From Rhynchopus sp. YZ270_cl-10 (lineage: Eukaryota), in NCBI GenBank assembly GCA_964035575.1, contig OZ037847.1, forward strand, positions 124,001-188,000: a stretch of DNA of 64,000 bases, read 5' to 3'. The notes under the pieces were generated by a model, which saw only the letters and a list, made by a program, of their open reading frames with translations, made no database searches and was not told the DNA's origin. Positions within the stretch are counted from its first letter, which is position 1. Each line of letters begins with the position of its first letter. Below are positions 58,792 to 64,000 of this stretch, one piece after another. The position numbers were made by a program, and so were the translations under genes.

Positions 58792-61700
58792 CACGGATGC
58801 TGCCAGATCTGGCCAGATCTCCAGATCTGGGCCTCCCAGATCTGGCCAGATCTGGAAATTTTTTTTTTTTTTTTGAAAAAAAAAATTTTCCCAGACGTCC
58901 CAGATCTGGCCAGATCTGGCCAGATCTGGCCACATCTGGGAGATCTGGGACGTCTGGGAAAATTTTTTTTTCCAGGTACCCCCAATGACATAACGAAGTA
59001 TCGCTTGAAGTACCGTTCAATATACGTTGCTCGTGTGTGCAAGTTACGAAGTAGGACACACAAGGTATATCAAACGATAAATCAATCAGATAAACGTTAC
59101 ATCATTGGAAAATTGTTGGCACCGCCGCCCTGTCTTCGTATTTATTACGTCGACAGGCCAAACAGCGTTGGGCTCAGAAGAAGCAGTGCAAAACACTGGG
59201 GATCAACATGAGAACCAACTCCCAACAACACAGGCTACCGAAGTAGCAGGTGGGGTGTTGCGGGTGTTTGGGGTGAAAGAAAATCGATTTTGGTAAGTTA
59301 CAGCAGAAAATTCTTAAGTTTGCACAATTGAGAAGGGTGTTACCACTGCCTAATATTATTCGTACATGTGAACCGGTAAGGTCGAGAAGGGTGGACACGG
59401 CATACAAGTACAAGTACAAGTAAGACGTACCTTCTACAAAGGCTGAATTCGCAATTCTTAAGGGATTGAATTCAGCCCCCACGTGGTGTTTTTGAGAAAA
59501 TCATTCCATGGTATACAGCTAATGGTTCCCGAAGAATGATTCGCCCCTCCTCGTTCATGCAAACTTAAGAAAATTCTGAAGTAACTACAACCTGGCGTGC
59601 GGGTACAGATGCATTGCTTTGTTCTTTCCTCAAAGTCATGTGTGATCTCTCGGGTCTGTACTAAAGTCAGTGTTTAGATAAGCATCCACTTGACTCGTTC
59701 TAACAACCGTTGAAATCTAGAACAAAACAATACACTGCCCCTTCTCACACCAAGCCGCCATGCTTCAAGAGCATGCCCTGGGCAAAAATTACTGTGACAA
59801 AAATTAGTTTTCTGGGGGAACGCAATATTTTCTTGTGCCTAGTCCTCCGCAAGAGCAGAGGACAGACTTTCCGGATCCCGAAGTCGAATTTCTTGCACTA
59901 GCTATGCTCCCTGGGTTAAATGGCTATAGCAGTGACTGACTAAGAGGTTCATAATAATTAGGGTGGTCTATGGGGTGGGTTAATGGAAAAGTTGGTATAT
60001 AAACCCGACTTTTACGATCGCCACCTGGTTTTCAAATAATTGCACCAGCTCTTCCGTCGGCACTGCTTCGCTGTCACGATGAAGGGTCGTCGGTTCGGGT
60101 ACCTGTTAAGAGAAATTGAATGTAAAAGTAGAGACTACAACAAAAAAACAAACAAACAAACAAGAAGCCGCCCCGTACCCCTTAAACGTAAAAGTGACAT
60201 TTTTGTTGACAAAAAAAAAAAAAAATAGCTAAAAAATAGCGGACATGTCGAAAAGGGAGAAAACCGGGGGGGTTAAAAACATACCTTGCACTCGGCCCAC
60301 TCTCCAGGTACAAAGAACATCACTGCATGACAAACCCACTACTACAATAGAAAATAACTATTTTTTACCGAACAGAAAGGTCGTTTTTTTGATGAGTGTT
60401 TTCTGAGTGCACACTCAGTGGGGACAAAATGCAACACTTACCGAAAAAATTCTCCAATCGGACAAAAACCTTTCTAAACACCCAAAAAAAACACCTCAGT
60501 CCACATCCGCTGGGGTCGCGAGATGGAAATATATGGTTTTACAGCTTTTGGGGGGTCTAGCGTGGGTCCCAGATGCATTTTGCAACGGGTCTGTGTGTGT
60601 GCCTCAACCGCTTCACAGTACCCTTTTTTGTAACTGAAAACGACGCATCCTGTACCTAAGTGCACTGAAGCCTTGCTTGCGTCCTCCTTCGTGGTTTTGG
60701 GCGTTCGCATGCGAGAATCATTATCGCATTCGCACATGTAATTCTCGCATCATCACGGAGAGGATTTTAGCGTTACGTGACCACAAAAAAAGTGCACAAA
60801 ATTAGTTTGGTCAAAAATCACCTTGCGAAAAAGTACCCAAAAAGCACGGCTATAAAAACGCTAAGGAAAAATCGATATTCATTTTTTGGGCAGAGAAGTG
60901 CGTTTTAGGCGCCCACAGATGGTCAAAACATCAAAATTTTTGTGTTTTTGGCATCTTTGGACACCCAAGGACCCACTATCAGGGGTGAATTTTTTTTGCC
61001 TGAGATTTGCCTTTGCCAAAAATCGAAAAAAAAAATTATGAAGGAAATTGCTAAGAAAAAGTCGAAATTGTGGGCCCCTGTAGTGCATATGGCGGTACCC
61101 CAGATCGTCAAAACACCCGACTCTTGCGTTTTTTTGCACTTTTTTGGTGCACAAAAACCCTACTCAGGGGTCAAAATTTTCCCGGGAAAAAAAATTTTTT
61201 TTTCGAGATTTTTCAAAAATCGACTTGTCTTTGGTAAAAACCACGAAATTTCGGGTGCGCGAAACCACGTTTTAGACCCCCACAGATGCTCAAAAGTGTC
61301 AAATTTTGCTTTTAACGGCCTCAAATCGTCGAAATTAGCCCTATATAGGGGCGAAAAAAAAAATTCGAGAGTCCCTTTCCCTGGGAGACAATAGCCAGAA
61401 ATCTGAGAAAAAAAAAAAAAAAAGGCCAGATTTCCAGATCTGGCCAGATCTGGCCAGATCTGGGGTTTTTTTTTTTTTTTTGAAAAAAAAAATTTCCCAG
61501 ATTCCCAGATCTGGCCAGATCTGTCCAGATCTGGCCAGATCTGTCCAGATCTGGAAACAAGATCTCCACATCTGGAAAACGAGCCAGATCTGGGAAATTG
61601 GCCCCCAAATCTGGCCAGATCTGGCAGCATCCGTGTATATAGGGGCGAAAAAAAAAATTCGAGAGTCCCTTTCCCTGGGAGACAATAGCCAGAAATCTGA

Positions 61701-61929
61701 GAAAAAAAAAAAAAAAAGGCCAGATTTCCAGATCTGGCCAGATCTGGCCAGATCTGGGGTTTTTTTTTTTTTTTTGAAAAAAAAAATTTCCCAGATTCCC
61801 AGATCTGGCCAGATCTGTCCAGATCTGGCCAGATCTGTCCAGATCTGGAAACAAGATCTCCACATCTGGAAAACGAGCCAGATCTGGGAAATTGGCCCCC
61901 AAATCTGGCCAGATCTGGCAGCATCCGTG
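58792..61929. mobile_element. Non-autonomous P-like transposon, copy 2, inverted relative to copy 1
   Basis: Near-identical reverse complement of 36758-39741 (same ORF translations on the opposite strand); same TIRs; flanked by T6 on both sides; internal ~170-bp deletion and terminal duplication. Confidence 0.9.
61342..61929. repeat. Tandem duplication (2 x 294 bp) of the transposon end including its TIR
   Basis: 61342-61635 and 61636-61929 both run tatataggggcgaa...gcagcatccgtg. Confidence 0.92.
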
Positions 61930-62382
61930 TTTTTTGTTTTTGTTTTTTTTTTTTTTTTGCGTGAAATTATTATTTTTGAAAGAAGGGGGTGAATTAGAAG
62001 ATGAGAAGGATTCTCTCCCAGGACATCTCAAATAAACGAAGAAAACGAAGAAAACTGACAACCAAAAAAGAAAAAGAAGGAAGAAAAAAAAAGAAAACAC
62101 AAGCAATAGCTAAAAACTGGGTGTGCTGTGGATATTGGGGAAACGCGCTCCTGGATTATGGAACTCCCCTTGTACAACACACCCAGCACTCTGCTGCAGG
62201 TATGCGAAAAAACGCTGTTCGTACGCTGCCAGAACCACTGGAGGGAGCTGTCGTCAGACTCCTCCTCGTCCTGCACCATCTGATCGATGGGGTTGCTGGA
62301 CGTAGGCTTGGCGGGCAACTTTTCCTGACTTCACCTTGGGTGAAGGAAAAGTTGCGTGAAGGAAAAAACTTTTTGCAAGGTT

Positions 62383-62992
62383 GGTGTGGCCCGATTTCTG
62401 GTTTTGCGTGTCTCAAGAATGGCCCAAGAATGGCCCAAAAGTGGGTTAAATCGAGGGGGGGTCCCTTTTTTAATTTGTTACCCGGTGTTTTTTTTGGGGT
62501 GGTTTTCACGCTAGGTCTGACCCGGAGGCACCTCTGCATAGTGACTGGAGGGGAAATTTGGGGTGGTCCGAACCTTTCGGTTAGGAATAATTCACAACAC
62601 GGTGGCTAAAATCTGTACTGTACTGTACTGTACTGTACTGTACTGTACTGTACTGTACTGTACTGTACTGTACTGTACTGTACTGTACTGTACTGTACTG
62701 TACTGTACTGTACTGTACTGTACTGTACTGTACTGTACTGTACTGTACTGTACTGTACTGTACTGTACTGTACTGTACTGTACTGTACTGTACTGTACTG
62801 TACTGTACTGTACTGTACTGTACTGTACTCCCAATCCCCTGTGTCAGTATACTGTGTATACTGTGTATACTGTGTATACTGTGTATACTGTGTAAAGGGC
62901 AAAAAAATTAAAAAATACACCTAAAAAAACACGGCTCAAGAATGGCCCAAGAATGGCCCAAAAGTGGGTTAAATCGAGGGGCGGGCCACACC
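62383..62992. mobile_element. Putative MITE carrying a microsatellite
   Basis: GGTGTGGCCCG / CGGGCCACACC inverted ends; flanks CAAGGTT / AAAGGTT (6 of 7 match); internal 47-bp direct repeat at 62412 and 62935. Confidence 0.5.
62613..62893. repeat. (CTGTA)~43 microsatellite (62613-62829) followed by ~5 copies of GTATACTGT
   Basis: Directly visible perfect tandem arrays. Confidence 0.98.
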
Positions 62993-64000
62993 AAAGGTTA
63001 TTTTTTTTTTGAATGCCGAGTGCATAGTAGTGCCATACCTCAAAAATCAAAAGTAAGTTGCAAAGCCACACACAACAACCACCCCAAGGTGGGTGACTCA
63101 CGTTCCTGGTGGAATGCTCGACCTGGGTAGTGACATCATCAGTGTGCTGCAAAAAATGGAAAAGACGAAAAAACGAAAAAACGAAAGAAAAGAACGAGAA
63201 AGAAAAAGAAAAAGAGAGCGCAGTAGATAAGAGTATCCTTCGTCTCGTGCTCAGTCACCTTAACCTTGGGAAAAAGGAAGCCCGAAACGGAAAAAACAAA
63301 AAAATGGGAAAGTAGTATTTAGTCCAACGAGGGAAGGGAAGCATCGTAGCTGGCAGAACAGAGCTGTTCTGTGCGACAGCGTTGAAGAAAGCCTGGCCCT
63401 CTTGCCTTAGCAAATTTAAAGGGGGAATGTATTGACAAAAAAAAATCGATCCGTAGCCATTAATAGACGGTTTGCATCGATGCATCAAAGAAAAAAAAAA
63501 TATTAAGATGAACGGAAAGCCTCCCGTGATCCGTTGCCTTCATCACAATCGTTGGCATCAAATGACACCTGCTTGCAAAAGACGATATCTAGAGGCCACT
63601 GCGCACCTAAAGGAGTGTGGCGGAGCCCCCGTAGTGTGTTGCTTTTGTGTTGTTCTTTTTGTTGTGCCTACATAGTGATACTGTATAAAAGGGATTGTTT
63701 TCTGTGTATTTTATGTGATTTTTATTTTGAAAAAAAAAAAAAAATCGACAACGTGTAGTCACATTGCGACCTCCACGTATGTTTTTTTTTCCCCCTCCCC
63801 TTCCCTCGGGAAAGTCAGGAAAGACAAGAATTTAAGTCGGCAGGCGTAACAAGGAAAGAAAGATTACTGGGGTAGGTGGAAGTAGATGATACGGGAGTAT
63901 AAAAGTGGGTGGGAAGGAAAAAAAAAAGAAACTTTGTCCACACACACAGTGGGATACGGATGACACACACCTTTCCTTTTGCGACCAAAACTCCTTTGTT

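Noticed and set aside
62028..62318. 96-aa ORF with acidic patch (DEEESDD)
   Set aside because: Short, no ATG start, runs into poly-T; at best a gene or transposase relic I cannot identify.
62563..62920. CTVLY / YSTVQ repeat ORFs
   Set aside because: Translations of the (CTGTA)n microsatellite.
1..64000. tRNA, rRNA, spliced-leader RNA or intact transposase/RT genes
   Set aside because: No recognisable cloverleaf, rRNA, SL exon, DDE or RT motifs found by eye; a covariance-model scan would be needed to exclude small RNAs.

Overview
Eukaryotic genomic DNA: GC-rich coding blocks in AT-rich, homopolymer-rich spacers. All seven protein genes I can support are on the minus strand. That polarity, the short GTATG...AG introns and the trypanosome-like receptor cyclases point to a euglenozoan, possibly a diplonemid (inference only). 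Contents: (1) a 4-exon, ~2,560-aa mucin-like surface protein that the ORF track splits into four ORFs; (2) a ~3,600-aa protein of unknown function, with a 10-kb first exon and four small phase-2 introns leading to a basic repeat tail and NLS; (3) a tandem family of five single-pass receptors with a bacterial-type BMP/PnrA (purine-nucleoside-binding-like) ectodomain, Cys-rich repeats, TM and HAMP-like linker. Two end in an intact adenylate cyclase plus a degenerate copy, three in only a predicted dead pseudo-cyclase, and the family is a gene-conversion mosaic; (4) many non-autonomous DNA transposons (P-like, hAT-like, Tc1-like, foldback); (5) two families of strand-biased RNA-hairpin motifs lying just upstream of pyrimidine tracts on the transcribed strand. 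No rRNA, tRNA, CRISPR array or intact transposase was recognised. All calls were made by eye, with no database searches.
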